Below, piece by piece: positions 38,791-49,737 of a DNA stretch of 64,000 bases. Each line of letters starts with the position of its first letter. The stretch's first letter is position 1. This DNA is from Bacillota bacterium (GTDB lineage: Bacteria; Bacillota; UBA994). The translations under genes were made by a program, and so were the position numbers. The notes beneath the pieces were generated by a model. That model did no database searches, was not told the DNA's origin, and saw only the letters and a list, made by a program, of their open reading frames with translations. The stretch spans positions 128,088-192,087 of the forward strand of contig WSXW01000001.1 of assembly GCA_009773495.1 (NCBI GenBank), given 5' to 3'.

Positions 38791-39852
38791 AAGAAATACT
38801 GGCCAATGTTCCTGTTTCCCGTAGGCCTTGTTTTTTCCACAGCGGGTTCAAGATATCCAGCAACTGTGGAGCACGTTTATTCCCGTGGGTTATACCCTCA
38901 TATTTCTCGTTTACTCGCGCTGATGACTGGGTGGATACCCTTTTCTCTAGCAGAGGTGGTAGGGATACTGCTAATAGCCGGTATTATCGCCGCTTTAATC
39001 ACGAGCATCTTTGATCACGACTGGAGAAACGTTGGGGAAATTACCCTGAGGCTACTGACAGGAGCTGCAACGCTATACTTCTTTTTCATTATCATGTGGG
39101 GGCTGAACTATAGCCGTATGCCCTTTGGTCAAACAGCAGGGCTCGATACCGCCAACCCCACAAAAGCGGAACTTGTGGCAGTCTGTGAGCGGTTAATCAC
39201 CGAAACAAGCACCCTGCGCACACAAGTCACACAAGACGCGGCGGGTGTTATGCTCTTATCTTTGGGAGTGCCTGAAACGCTCGGACGAACGCAGCTGGGA
39301 TACAATCACGCTGCAGGGTACTACCCCACCTTAGCAGGCCGTTACGGCACGCCCAAAGGGATACAGGCTTCCAAGCTTATGTCCTATCAGGGCATAGGCG
39401 GTATCTACATGCCGTTCACTGGTGAGGCCAATGTGAACATCTCAATGCCGCACTCTTCTATCCCCTTTACCGCTGCTCACGAGGCTGCTCACCAGCACGG
39501 CTACGCTAGGGAGGATGAGGCAAATTTCATTGCTTACCTTACGTGCGGCCTGCACCCAGATATAGCCTTTAGGTACTCTGGAACTTTACATGCTATGCTC
39601 TATGCCATGCGAGCTTTATACGGACAAGACCCAGAAGCTCACGCTGTACTCAATACAACTATTAGTGCCGCAGTCAAACGAGATATACGGGCAGAGCGAG
39701 ATTTCTGGAAAGCACATGAAGGCATCGTTGAACGTATCTTTAACCGCATGAATGACGCCTATCTTAAGGCAAACCGCCAGCAAGATGGCGTGGCAAGCTA
39801 CGGCAGAATGGTGGATTTACTGATAGCTCAGCATCGAACTCAAAGTCCTTAG
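38791..39852 (+). CDS. DUF3810-family membrane protein with HExxH motif
   Basis: HEAAHQ motif; TM N-terminus; start uncertain (track TTG 38728; GAGGTGA RBS favours TTG 38791). Confidence 0.55.
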   Translation, partial: KKYWPMFLFPVGLVFSTAGSRYPATVEHVYSRGLYPHISRLLALMTGWIPFSLAEVVGILLIAGIIAALITSIFDHDWRNVGEITLRLLTGAATLYFFFIIMWGLNYSRMPFGQTAGLDTANPTKAELVAVCERLITETSTLRTQVTQDAAGVMLLSLGVPETLGRTQLGYNHAAGYYPTLAGRYGTPKGIQASKLMSYQGIGGIYMPFTGEANVNISMPHSSIPFTAAHEAAHQHGYAREDEANFIAYLTCGLHPDIAFRYSGTLHAMLYAMRALYGQDPEAHAVLNTTISAAVKRDIRAERDFWKAHEGIVERIFNRMNDAYLKANRQQDGVASYGRMVDLLIAQHRTQSP

Positions 39853-39855
39853 AAA

Positions 39856-40881
39856 TCAGACGTCCGTGGTGCGTCTTGTTTTTAGTAAAAAATCTACCTC
39901 GCCTATGTATGGCATGGCAGCAATTGCACCGCGTTTAGTTACGCATAAAGCAGCGCAGGCGTTAGCAAACTGCAGGGCTGTAGCCATGTTGTCGCCTTGT
40001 CCCAGAAACTCTTCCAATCCGGCAAACTCGAGCATTTTGTGCAACATACCCGCCATAAAAGCGTCACCCGCTCCGGTTGTGTCGACTGCCGCAACCTTGA
40101 AGGCTGCGACTTCTACCTGATTCACAATTCTGCTAGCGCCCGACCGAAAGAAGGCCATGCTGCCTTCGGAGCCTAAGGTTACACAAAGTAACTGTATCTG
40201 CGGGTACTTGTCCATTAGCAACACAGCTAGCTCAGGAACCAAGGCTCTATTAAGAATGTCCGTGCAGCTTCTTGCCTGAAAAGCAAAATTTAACTCTTCG
40301 CAGGAGAGCTTCACAACATCGCACCAAGGTAGGATCTTGTGTAGCTGAGCGTGGGCTAATCCCATATTTTCCCACAAGCGAAGACGCAGGTTCACATCTA
40401 TACTAGTCGTAACCCCCACGGTACGAGCTAGGGCTACTGCCTGCATCAAAGTGGTTCGGGAAGGCTCGTGCGTAAGTGAGAGGGTGCCAAAGTGCAGCAC
40501 TGCTGCTTGGCGCAGGTACTGCAGATTAACTTCGTCGAACCTAAGCCTTGTGTCTGCGCCGGGATTCCGTACAAAGGCAAAAGATCTTTCCCCGTTTTTG
40601 TCTAAGGCCACAAAAGCCAATGTCGTAGCTGCGTCGCTGTCCTCATACAGGTTTTCAGAGTTAACTCCCTCTGCCTCTAAAGTTCTCCTGAGGTAAGATC
40701 CAAACATATCTGTGCCTACTTTTGCACACATATAGGCTGACGTGCCTAGGCGGGACAAAGCACATGCGACATTAGCAGGTGCGCCCCCAGCATTTTGTTC
40801 AAATAGAGGGGCACCGCCTAGTAGCTCACCTGCCGAGGTAAAGTCTATCAAAACCTCGCCCAAACAAAACACATACTTCAT
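39856..40881 (-). CDS. PfkB-family carbohydrate kinase
   Basis: GAGDAF motif. Confidence 0.8.
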   Translation of the reverse strand: MKYVFCLGEVLIDFTSAGELLGGAPLFEQNAGGAPANVACALSRLGTSAYMCAKVGTDMFGSYLRRTLEAEGVNSENLYEDSDAATTLAFVALDKNGERSFAFVRNPGADTRLRFDEVNLQYLRQAAVLHFGTLSLTHEPSRTTLMQAVALARTVGVTTSIDVNLRLRLWENMGLAHAQLHKILPWCDVVKLSCEELNFAFQARSCTDILNRALVPELAVLLMDKYPQIQLLCVTLGSEGSMAFFRSGASRIVNQVEVAAFKVAAVDTTGAGDAFMAGMLHKMLEFAGLEEFLGQGDNMATALQFANACAALCVTKRGAIAAMPYIGEVDFLLKTRRTTDV

Positions 40882-40883
40882 GC

Positions 40884-41471
<588 letters not shown>

Positions 41472-41522
41472 CTAACGTCTACGCATTCCGCCGCAATGCA
41501 AATGCAGAAGAACAATACATGG

Positions 41523-42146
41523 TTAAGTTAAATGTGCAGTAGAGTTGATGGTATGGGTCTGCCAGCGTTGCGTCACCCACTGGTACTTAAGAATAGATAG
41601 ACCAGTATTATCTACTACCAACCCTGACACAAAAGAGAATGTAATAGGTGGTAAAGATAGAGCGTGGGCCAACAAGGTCCGAACACAACCCCCGTGCGTT
41701 ACAAGGCAGATGGTACCTTGGGGGTGTTTCGCCACTATACTCGACAGGCATTGGGTTGTCCTTTGCGAGAGGTCCCAATATGATTCCCCCCCGGGACGCC
41801 TAGTATTAAGAGGGTCCAACTTAAGTTGGTTAAAGATGTCGGGGCTCTTTTCTTGGGCTTGCTCGGAAGTTAAGCCTTGCCACAAGCCTATGTTAATCTC
41901 CTGCAGGTCATCTAAAGTGGTTAGGGGGCAACTTTGACCCTCAGCCACAGAATCCGCTGTAGTGTGGGCCCGAGCTAGGGGGCTACTATAGATATGATCT
42001 AACCTAAACCGTGGCGCCAGCCATTGCGAGAGCTTGCGGGCTTGTTCTCTGCCTTTTTTATTGAGAGCAACATCAAGGTTACCCTGCATAATGCCGTGTT
42101 TATTGTGGTCTGTCTCGCCATGTCTTATTATTAACACTGTGGTCAT
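41523..42146 (-). CDS. histidine phosphatase family protein (phosphoglycerate mutase-like)
   Basis: RHGETDHN catalytic motif. Confidence 0.8.
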   Translation of the reverse strand: MTTVLIIRHGETDHNKHGIMQGNLDVALNKKGREQARKLSQWLAPRFRLDHIYSSPLARAHTTADSVAEGQSCPLTTLDDLQEINIGLWQGLTSEQAQEKSPDIFNQLKLDPLNTRRPGGESYWDLSQRTTQCLSSIVAKHPQGTICLVTHGGCVRTLLAHALSLPPITFSFVSGLVVDNTGLSILKYQWVTQRWQTHTINSTAHLT

Positions 42147-42472
42147 TAAGCCACCTCCTCATGAAAATACCCTTACAGTTTACCACACATTTACGCTTTC
42201 CTCATTGTTCGTTCCGTTCCTCGTAGGAGCAACGAACCAGGAACGAGTACATGGGGCCTGAAACTAAGCTTAACTGATTGGTATGCCCAACACAGGATAT
42301 TGAATCTTTTCAACTGTTGAATAATAAGTGGCGCCCTAGTTCAATGTGAACTGGGGCACCACTTATTTGCTGGACTTGTTAACCACGCCCAGTTCTATGT
42401 ATGCGACTCAATCCAGGAGTAGAGAGTGGGCAATGGCGGCATTGCCCACTCCTCCCCACATCATGGATTGGC

Positions 42473-43612
42473 TTACATGCAAATGATTGCCTTTACTACT
42501 TGAGACAAACCAGCGGAATGCGAACCCTTTACGAGCACCATTGTATTACTGTCGAGCAACTTCTGCAGTAGTTCTATAGCTCCGGCCCGCGTGACAAATG
42601 CATGAATCTTTTCCTTAAGCATTCCTGCAGACTCCGCCCCGCGGGCGATATACGCTGCTTTTTCCCCAACAGTAATGAGTCGATCTACGCGGATTGCAGC
42701 AACCTCCCTCCCCAGTTGCATGTGAATGATCGGCCATTTGGGCCCTTGCTCCTCCATATTTCCTAAGACAGCAATCGCAGTCCTTCCTCCAGCCGCAGCC
42801 TTTAACGTCTTCAACCCTGCTACAACTGATAGAGGGTTCGCATTAAAACTGTCATCAAGCACGACAGAATTGTTAATCCCTCCGTACGGAGTGAGTCTCC
42901 CCCGTAGCCGGCTGAACTTAGTTAGGCCGCACTCAATATCGGACCAAGAACACCCTAGCACTCTTGTTGCCGCAACGGCTGCAGTCGCATTATGGGCGTT
43001 GTGCTCCCCAGCTATTGGTATAGTCAGCGTTCTTTGCTCGCTTTCAGCGTGGACAACAAACGTGGTTTCTAATCCCTGAGTCTCACATTTTACAATCCTG
43101 TAATTGGTCTCAGGGGCTTTGCCATACTTGATAATACGCCCTTGAAACCCCTCAAGCCTTAGCAACTGACTCCCATGATCGTCAGCATTAATAATCAGAA
43201 CACTACCCGCTCCCATACCACGGATGATCTCGCTCTTGGCCAGGATTACGCCAGCCATGCTACCGCATTTTTCGACATGACCACGATTTACGTTAGTTAC
43301 TATTGCTACATTAGGCGCGGCCATGTATGAGCTCTGGGAAATCTGCCCCGGACGAGCCATGCCGAGCTCTAGTACTAAAGTCGTATCCCCAAGCGTTGCT
43401 GCTTCAATTATCTGACGCACGTGAACGGGGAGATTGAGATTGCCAGGAGTACTCTTCACCGTACGACTAAGGCGCAGAATACTGGCAATCATCTCTTTCG
43501 TTGTTGTTTTACCTGCTGTTCCTGTAACTGCGACTACTTTAAAACCTAAGCGTATGCGTTTATTACGCGTTGTGACTTGTAGTTTTAATGGTACTAAGAA
43601 ATCTAGTGACAT
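42473..43612 (-). CDS. Mur ligase family protein, MurF-like but lacking the N-terminal domain
   Basis: GTAGKTTTKEM P-loop about 30 aa from the start; strong RBS AGAGGGGGTGA fixes the start, so the truncation is real in this assembly. Confidence 0.65.
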   Translation of the reverse strand: MSLDFLVPLKLQVTTRNKRIRLGFKVVAVTGTAGKTTTKEMIASILRLSRTVKSTPGNLNLPVHVRQIIEAATLGDTTLVLELGMARPGQISQSSYMAAPNVAIVTNVNRGHVEKCGSMAGVILAKSEIIRGMGAGSVLIINADDHGSQLLRLEGFQGRIIKYGKAPETNYRIVKCETQGLETTFVVHAESEQRTLTIPIAGEHNAHNATAAVAATRVLGCSWSDIECGLTKFSRLRGRLTPYGGINNSVVLDDSFNANPLSVVAGLKTLKAAAGGRTAIAVLGNMEEQGPKWPIIHMQLGREVAAIRVDRLITVGEKAAYIARGAESAGMLKEKIHAFVTRAGAIELLQKLLDSNTMVLVKGSHSAGLSQVVKAIICM

Positions 43613-43734
43613 CGTTTCTCACCCCCTCTGGTATAGACTATGGTTCTCTAATGGAGGTGGTTAAACACGAAACAGGCACAGCACTGCTGTTTCTGCAACC
43701 AAGGTGGGCATCCACTAGAGCTACTGCCAAAGCG

Positions 43735-43754
43735 TTTTGACTCGCGAGTCAAAA
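43735..43754. promoter_or_regulatory. perfect 20-bp palindrome TTTTGACTCGCGAGTCAAAA in the leader of the Mur ligase gene
   Basis: exact dyad symmetry; candidate dimeric regulator site. Confidence 0.35.
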
Positions 43755-44090
43755 TATACAGGTTCTTCCAGCAGTGCTGGGCTAAGCGCCTAGCCACACA
43801 GATGGTGAAGAACCTGCCTCTCTCGAGCCGATGTGAGCGACTGTATGTTATAGCTTATGAAGCCGGGCCTATGTCGGTGGTAGTTCGGGCGGTGCGAGTT
43901 CTATGCCGGAGAAAACATACGGTTAGAGTTCTGACCCAATTGACAGGTGGACCGGAAGGCAAGTGTGCGTAGTGCAGAGTTTAGTTAAACGCAGGGCAGG
44001 TAGGTATACGATAGTCAGACGAAGAGGTCCGCACTACGACTTTCGTTTTTATTAGGCATACATATAAGGAGCTGAGATAGGTAATGCAAT

Positions 44091-44132
44091 GCGTTAAAGG
44101 ACTGCACCCCTACGGTTGCAGTCCTTTAACGC
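44091..44132. terminator. 16-bp perfect hairpin at the distal end of the tRNA/pseudo-tRNA array
   Basis: GCGTTAAAGGACTGCA-N10-TGCAGTCCTTTAACGC. Confidence 0.55.
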
Positions 44133-44155
44133 ATTTATGAAGTTCTCCTCATACA

Positions 44156-44699
44156 AGTGTGTCCGTAATAAGTACGATGGTGGGCGATGACGGGCTCTCG
44201 GTCATGCCTGCATGACCCGAAGTGCGACATCCACGCTAAGTCCGAAGGACGTAAGCGAGCGACCTGTAAAGGGCGCAAGGATGGAGGCGGTCGAGCTGAG
44301 TGAAATAACAAAATAAAACAGACACATTGCTGTGTCCGTAATAAGTACGATGGTGGGCGGTGACGGGCCTCTCGGTCACGCCTGCATGACCCTAAGTGCG
44401 ACATCCACGCTGAGTCCGCAGACGAAAGCGATGCGGCCTGTAAAGGGCGCAAGGATGGAGGCGGTCGAGCTGAGTGAAATAACAAAATAAAATAGACACA
44501 TTGCTGTGTCCGTAATAAGTACGATGGTGGGCGATGACGGGCTCTCGGTCATGCCTGCATGACCCGAAGTGCGACATCCACGCTAAGTCCGAAGGACGTA
44601 AGCATGCAACCGCCAAAGCGGGTGCAAGGATGGAGGCGGTTCGAGCAGTGAGTGATAAAGCAAAAGCAGACACAACTAAGTGTCTGCAATTAATACGAA
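44156..44699 (-). repeat. three tandem ~175-bp tRNA-Val-derived pseudo-tRNA units, each followed by a terminator
   Basis: each unit ends with the exact 20-nt tRNA-Val 3' end GAGCCCGUCAUCGCCCACCA and keeps CTCAGCT / GCGCC / TTACA / GGATGTCG blocks with insertions (UUCG-loop hairpin, GGTCATGCAGGCATGACC hairpin); period 172-175 bp (44178, 44353, 44528, 44700). Confidence 0.75.
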
Positions 44700-44775
<76 letters not shown>

Positions 44776-44867
44776 TTATATTATTGGGGACTCAATCATA
44801 TTAACATCCTCTTGTCTAAACGTCAAGACTTCTAATTCTATCTTCCAACAGCTAACCTCTAAATCAA

Positions 44868-44944
44868 TGGTGGGCCCACTAGGACTCGAACCTAGGACCA
44901 ATCGGTTATGAGCCGACCGCTCTGACCAACTGAGCTATGGGCCC
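44868..44944 (-). tRNA. tRNA-Met (anticodon CAT; elongator or Ile-lysidine not resolved)
   Basis: GGGCCCAUAGCUCAGUUGGUCAGAGCGGUCGGCUCAUAACCGAU...CCA. Confidence 0.85.
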
Positions 44945-44948
44945 GACA

Positions 44949-45023
44949 TGGCGCCTCAGGCAGGGCTCGAACCTACAACCTACCGGTTAACAGCCGGTTG
45001 CTCTACCATTGAGCTACTGAGGC
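44949..45023 (-). tRNA. tRNA-Asn (anticodon GTT)
   Basis: GCCUCAGUAGCUCAAUGGUAGAGCAACCGGCUGUUAACCGGU...GCCA. Confidence 0.85.
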
Positions 45024-45139
45024 ACGTATACCGTTCTTAGTTGCTGGTTCTAACGAAGAACGCTAATCGTCGTTTGCGCGACATAGATAATTATACTCAA
45101 ATAGCTACTGAGCGTCAATGACAAACTAAATGGTAGTTA

Positions 45140-46246
45140 TTATTCTAAGAAATCCTTAAGCCATTTGCTACGACTGGGATGACGAAGTTTGCGCAAAGCT
45201 TTAGCTTCAATTTGCCGAATACGCTCGCGAGTAACACCAAATTCTTGGCCAACTTCTTCTAGTGTACGCGAACGGCCATCCTCTAAGCCAAAACGCAACC
45301 GCAAGACCTTTTGCTCGCGCGCCGTTAAAGTGGATAGTACTTCATCAAGCTGTTCGCGCAATAGCACGTATGCTGCTGCGTCTGCAGGAGCTGGAGCATC
45401 CTCGTCAGGAATGAAATCTCCCAAGTGAGAATCCTCTTCTTCGCCAATTGGTGTCTCTAGTGATACAGGCTCTTGGGCAATCTTATGGATTTCGTGAACA
45501 CGCTCAACAGGCATCCCCATCTCAGCTGCCACTTCTTCGGGGGTTGGTTCACGCCCTAACTCCTGAAGTAACTGGCGAGTCACACGGATGAGTTTATTGA
45601 TAGTTTCTACCATGTGGACAGGAATACGAATAGTGCGCGCTTGGTCCGCTATAGCGCGAGTAATTGCTTGTCTAATCCACCATGTGGCGTAAGTAGAGAA
45701 CTTGTAGCCCTTGCGGTAATCAAATTTCTCTACGGCCTTCATCAGGCCAAGGTTACCCTCTTGAATGAGGTCAAGAAACAGCATCCCACGCCCAACGTAC
45801 CGCTTAGCAATCGACACGACTAAACGCAAATTAGCTTCGACTAAGCGGCGCTTAGCCTCCTCACTGCCGTCTTCCATCCGCTTCGCGAGCTCTACTTCTT
45901 CCTTCGAATTGAGCAATGGTACTCGCCCAATTTCCTTGAGGTACATGCGAACAGGATCATCTAGGCGAACACCATCAGGAATACCTATTTCGCCCTGTTC
46001 TACCTCTTCCTCGTTCTCGCCGCGCAGTGCATCAACATCTGGCTCAACCACGAGTGCCTCGCTGGTCCCCGGTATAAGGTCGACGCCTAGCGTCGCTAAC
46101 GTCTCATAGAAATCGTCGATCTGTTCAGGCTCAAGCTCGTATTCGCTGAGGTGCTTCCCAATCTCTTTATAAGTAAGGACCCCTCGTTTTTTACCGCGCT
46201 CGATTAACTCCTTGACAGCTTCTATTTGCATCTCTTTCTTACTCAA
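45140..46246 (-). CDS. sigA: RNA polymerase sigma factor SigA
   Basis: regions 1.2-4.2; TTG start at 46246 with GAGGGGG RBS (track ORF extends to 46363). Confidence 0.9.
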   Translation of the reverse strand: MSKKEMQIEAVKELIERGKKRGVLTYKEIGKHLSEYELEPEQIDDFYETLATLGVDLIPGTSEALVVEPDVDALRGENEEEVEQGEIGIPDGVRLDDPVRMYLKEIGRVPLLNSKEEVELAKRMEDGSEEAKRRLVEANLRLVVSIAKRYVGRGMLFLDLIQEGNLGLMKAVEKFDYRKGYKFSTYATWWIRQAITRAIADQARTIRIPVHMVETINKLIRVTRQLLQELGREPTPEEVAAEMGMPVERVHEIHKIAQEPVSLETPIGEEEDSHLGDFIPDEDAPAPADAAAYVLLREQLDEVLSTLTAREQKVLRLRFGLEDGRSRTLEEVGQEFGVTRERIRQIEAKALRKLRHPSRSKWLKDFLE

Positions 46247-48068
46247 GGCTAATACCCCCTCGACTTGGAACCTTTCTCTCTCTGAGTCTTTTCTTTCTAA
46301 TCCCCAGATCTCGGCGCTTGAGGAGGAGCTGATTGCGTTCTTCTGAACTGTTGGCAGACTCAACGTCCTTCATAACGCCCTCCACTTCTTGGTCAATGTG
46401 ATGTTCCTCTATCTTTACAAAACACTCATTCGCCATTTCTATAGCATTTTCCTCTATAATCTGTTCATTATACGCTCCAACAAGTTCGGATTTTAAGTCA
46501 GACGGTAATTCATGAGCCAAACTAATAGGATCGTCCGTCTCCGCAACATCATGTAAGAGCCATGTTGCTAGTTGCTGATACTTGCCTTCAGGAAAACCTA
46601 TTTCTGACCAAAACTGAAACAGTTTTTCACGATGTCTCGGAAACCTCACCATAAGGTGAATTAAGAGACGGGAAGCTTTCACCCAACCGCTTTGCGTAGC
46701 AATTAGTCCTCTATCAGAAGTATTATGCCGTCTTATGGTAAGTTTATCCGTATACGCCAATTTTCCGAGGACCTTTGCGAGTTCTTGCATAAAAGCTCCC
46801 TCAGGCAAGCGGTAGCTCTGTAATGCTTTCTTAATGTAGCCGTCTCGCTCTACAGCGTTCTCTACTTCGGCTACCGTTTTTGCAACTTGTGCGGCAAAAG
46901 CTCCAAGACCATTTGGAATCGAAAGGTCGTGCTCCTTGCTAAGCTGCAGTATGCGGTACTCAACCAGTGGCAAGGCGGACTCTGTCACAAGTGACAAAAA
47001 TCGTTCTTTGCCGAACTTGCGCAGATAATCGTCCGGATCTTTGCCTTGCTCTAGCTGAGTCACTTTAACGGAAATCCCAGCCTTGCGAAGTATATCCATA
47101 CCTCGTAGGGCCGCGTTTTGTCCGGCTATATCAGCATCGAAACATAGATTCACTTCATTAGTGTATCGCTTAAGTATATGTGCGTGATCCTGCGATAGCG
47201 CAGTACCAAGAGAAGCGACAACGTTGTCTACCCCATATTGCCAGGGCGTAATGGCGTCCATATATCCTTCAACTACTATTGCAAAGCCAGCCGTTCCTAT
47301 GGCTCGAGCAGCACGGTCTAAACCGAAGAGCTCACGCCCCTTATGAAAAATAGGAGTCTCTGGGGAGTTGAGATACTTTGGTTGGGAGTCATCAAGCACA
47401 CGCCCCCCGAAGGCTATGATTTGCCCACGGCGGTCACAAATAGGAAACATTACTCTATGACGAAATCGATCGTACGCTGTGCTGTCTCCTTGTACTGCCA
47501 GACCCACGCGTATGAGTTCATCAGTACTGATACCAGCCTTCTGTCCGCGTTCGATCAGAGTACCCCAGGCGGGCAGGCTGTAGCCGATCTTAAGTGAGTT
47601 CATCAGGTCTGCTGAAAGACCACGTTTCGCTAAATAATCGCGGGCAACCTTACCTAATTGCTCGTTGATAAGCTGCTTTACAAAAACTTCAGCGGCCCAA
47701 CTCATTATTTTCAGATCTCGTTCGCGTTGCTGTTTGCGCAGCATGGCTTCTTGGTCGTCAACCTGCTGTGGCAGCTCAATACCAGCACGCTCTGCCAAGT
47801 TTTCCAGCGCCTCAAAAAAGGGCATCTTGCTGTACTCCATGAGAAAGCTGTAGGCGTTACCTCCTGCTTGACAACCAAAACAGTAATACAACTGTTTCTC
47901 CGGGTCAACATGAAAAGAAGGGCTCTTCTCTGAGTGGAAAGGGCATAAGCCCCAGAAGGCCCTTCCTTTCCGTTCAAGTCGGACGTGCTCTCCAATTACT
48001 TGCACAATGTCTACGTGACTACGGACGCGCTCCACAATCTCCTGAGGAAATTCAGGCAAGAAGTTCAC
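46239..48068 (-). CDS. dnaG: DNA primase
   Basis: zinc-binding [11 protein letters not shown]...CFGC plus TOPRIM; 609 aa. Confidence 0.9.
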   Translation of the reverse strand: MNFLPEFPQEIVERVRSHVDIVQVIGEHVRLERKGRAFWGLCPFHSEKSPSFHVDPEKQLYYCFGCQAGGNAYSFLMEYSKMPFFEALENLAERAGIELPQQVDDQEAMLRKQQRERDLKIMSWAAEVFVKQLINEQLGKVARDYLAKRGLSADLMNSLKIGYSLPAWGTLIERGQKAGISTDELIRVGLAVQGDSTAYDRFRHRVMFPICDRRGQIIAFGGRVLDDSQPKYLNSPETPIFHKGRELFGLDRAARAIGTAGFAIVVEGYMDAITPWQYGVDNVVASLGTALSQDHAHILKRYTNEVNLCFDADIAGQNAALRGMDILRKAGISVKVTQLEQGKDPDDYLRKFGKERFLSLVTESALPLVEYRILQLSKEHDLSIPNGLGAFAAQVAKTVAEVENAVERDGYIKKALQSYRLPEGAFMQELAKVLGKLAYTDKLTIRRHNTSDRGLIATQSGWVKASRLLIHLMVRFPRHREKLFQFWSEIGFPEGKYQQLATWLLHDVAETDDPISLAHELPSDLKSELVGAYNEQIIEENAIEMANECFVKIEEHHIDQEVEGVMKDVESANSSEERNQLLLKRRDLGIRKKRLRERKVPSRGGISLE

Positions 48069-48163
48069 CTTTTCTTAAATAGGTTAGCTTTTTCTTATTC
48101 GAGAATGTTTATACCATTCCTCTTTTCGTGCAATCTAAAGACGAAATTTTTTTCATAACTTTT

Positions 48164-48204
48164 TTATACTGTAAAAAAGACGTAATTACCACAAAAATCT
48201 GTGG
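48164..48204 (-). terminator. rho-independent terminator after the ccpN-PDRP operon
   Basis: ACGTAATTCCCACA...TGTGGTAATTACGT followed by a U run. Confidence 0.75.
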
Positions 48205-48260
48205 GAATTACGTTACTTTTACAAGGGGGTATTTCCGTGGCCTCGGCTAGCCCCCTCCCT

Positions 48261-49082
48261 TTAGTCATCGCCTATTTTATCGCGACGGTTATAATATTCA
48301 ACTATTTTGGCCGCAGTTTCCTCTACAGCTTTCTTGGTTACGTCGACTATACGGCAGCCTGCTTTACGCATTATTCCTTCACCGTAGTCAAGCTCTTCGC
48401 GAATCCGCTCGTAGCTCGCGTAGCTTGCATTACCTGCCAGACCTAACGCCTTAAGACGTTCTTGGCGAATAGACTGGAGTTCGTCGGGTTTAATGGTAAG
48501 ACCAAAGATGCGTTCCGGTGGCACGAGGTATATTTCATCGGGAGGGCTCACCTCTGGCACCAAAGGCACATTGGCAACGCGGAACCCCCTATGAGCGAGG
48601 TACATGCTCAGGGGTGTCTTAGAGGTACGCGATACTCCGAGTAGTACGATATCAGCCTTAAGCAAACCTCGTGGATCCTTGCCATCGTCATACTTAACTG
48701 CGAACTCTACTGCTTCGACCTCGCGAAAGTATTCTTCATCCAACTGATAAATAAGACCAGGTTGGAGCTTGGGGTTAGAGGCTAGTATGGACGATAGGCC
48801 ATCCATCATCGGCCCCATAATATCGACAGCTTCAATATTAGCTGCATGGCATTTTTGGTTGATATAGGCCCTAAACTCAGGGAGCACCAAGGTATGCACT
48901 ACCAGTGAACGAGCTCCGCGGGCCTCTTCTATGACCTCATCCAAAGCTTCGAGGCTGGACACATAGGAAATGCGGCGAAACTCAATATTGTTATCGAATT
49001 GGCTAACGGCTGCTCTGACTACCCGATGTGCAGTCTCGCCTAGGGAATCTGATACAACGAATATGAGAGATTTCTTATCCAT
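48261..49082 (-). CDS. pyruvate,phosphate dikinase / PEP synthase regulatory protein (YqfL-like kinase/pyrophosphorylase)
   Basis: DUF299 family; P-loop GVSRTSKTP. Confidence 0.8.
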   Translation of the reverse strand: MDKKSLIFVVSDSLGETAHRVVRAAVSQFDNNIEFRRISYVSSLEALDEVIEEARGARSLVVHTLVLPEFRAYINQKCHAANIEAVDIMGPMMDGLSSILASNPKLQPGLIYQLDEEYFREVEAVEFAVKYDDGKDPRGLLKADIVLLGVSRTSKTPLSMYLAHRGFRVANVPLVPEVSPPDEIYLVPPERIFGLTIKPDELQSIRQERLKALGLAGNASYASYERIREELDYGEGIMRKAGCRIVDVTKKAVEETAAKIVEYYNRRDKIGDD

Positions 49083-49101
49083 AACTACCCTCCTAGTGAG
49101 A

Positions 49102-49737
49102 TTAAGCTAAGTCGGCCAACAAGCCACTAATTATGCCTAGTGATATAACCCCGGTTACCTCCACCTTAGTTGTTGTTTCTATGATTAGCTCTCTCGTCAC
49201 CGGAAGAGCAGTAAGGCCATGTAACCTTAGCTTGCGTGCGGCAGAGAACACACTGTCATCGGGGCTTAAGGTTATTAGGTTTGAAACTCTAGTCATAATG
49301 ACTCCAACCGGAACCTTATTAAGATCCATCTGCCCGATAGCACTACGCAGTAGGTCACTTCTGGATACCGCTCCAGTGAGATGGCCCCGCGCATCGACCA
49401 CAAAGAGCGTTCCTCTGTCCTCGAGAAAAGTTGTAACTATTGCATCATACAATGGTTTGTCCTCTTTGATTACAACAGGAACCGACTGAACGTCCTTAAC
49501 TTTGAGACTGCGCAGGTGGTTAAGCCGATCCGTGGTCTGCTCTTTACCCAAGTAGGAATACCCTACCCTAGGACGCGCCTCAAGGTACCCCGACATGGCC
49601 AGAATTGAAAGGTCAGAACGAATAGCAGCGCGGGATAGATGCAACTGTGCAGCCAACTCCTCTGCGGCAATCGGTCCTGTGCGCTTCACTATCTCGACAA
49701 TATGCAATTGGCGTGGCGTTAGTTGCATTGCCATCAC
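49102..49737 (-). CDS. ccpN: transcriptional repressor CcpN (HTH plus 2 CBS)
   Basis: architecture and synteny with the downstream PDRP gene. Confidence 0.75.
   Translation of the reverse strand: MMAMQLTPRQLHIVEIVKRTGPIAAEELAAQLHLSRAAIRSDLSILAMSGYLEARPRVGYSYLGKEQTTDRLNHLRSLKVKDVQSVPVVIKEDKPLYDAIVTTFLEDRGTLFVVDARGHLTGAVSRSDLLRSAIGQMDLNKVPVGVIMTRVSNLITLSPDDSVFSAARKLRLHGLTALPVTRELIIETTTKVEVTGVISLGIISGLLADLA

Noticed and set aside
42300-42460. Two hairpins (GAGTGGGCAATG-gcgg-CATTGCCCACTC, and GTGGCGCCCTAG...CTGGGGCACCAC) as a possible small RNA
   Set aside because: They are more simply the terminator region of the convergent Mur ligase gene. I see no promoter and no conserved-structure evidence from sequence alone.
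44135-44673. Two minus-strand ORFs (116 aa, 93 aa) with internally repeated peptide sequence
   Set aside because: They lie entirely inside the tandem tRNA-Val-derived repeat. The repetition in the peptides mirrors the DNA repeat, and neither ORF has an RBS or any homology logic. These are non-coding.
44156-44699. Possible CRISPR array (regular repeats)
   Set aside because: The units are about 175 bp and near-identical along their whole length, with no unique spacers. No cas genes are nearby. The architecture is tandem duplication, not repeat-spacer.
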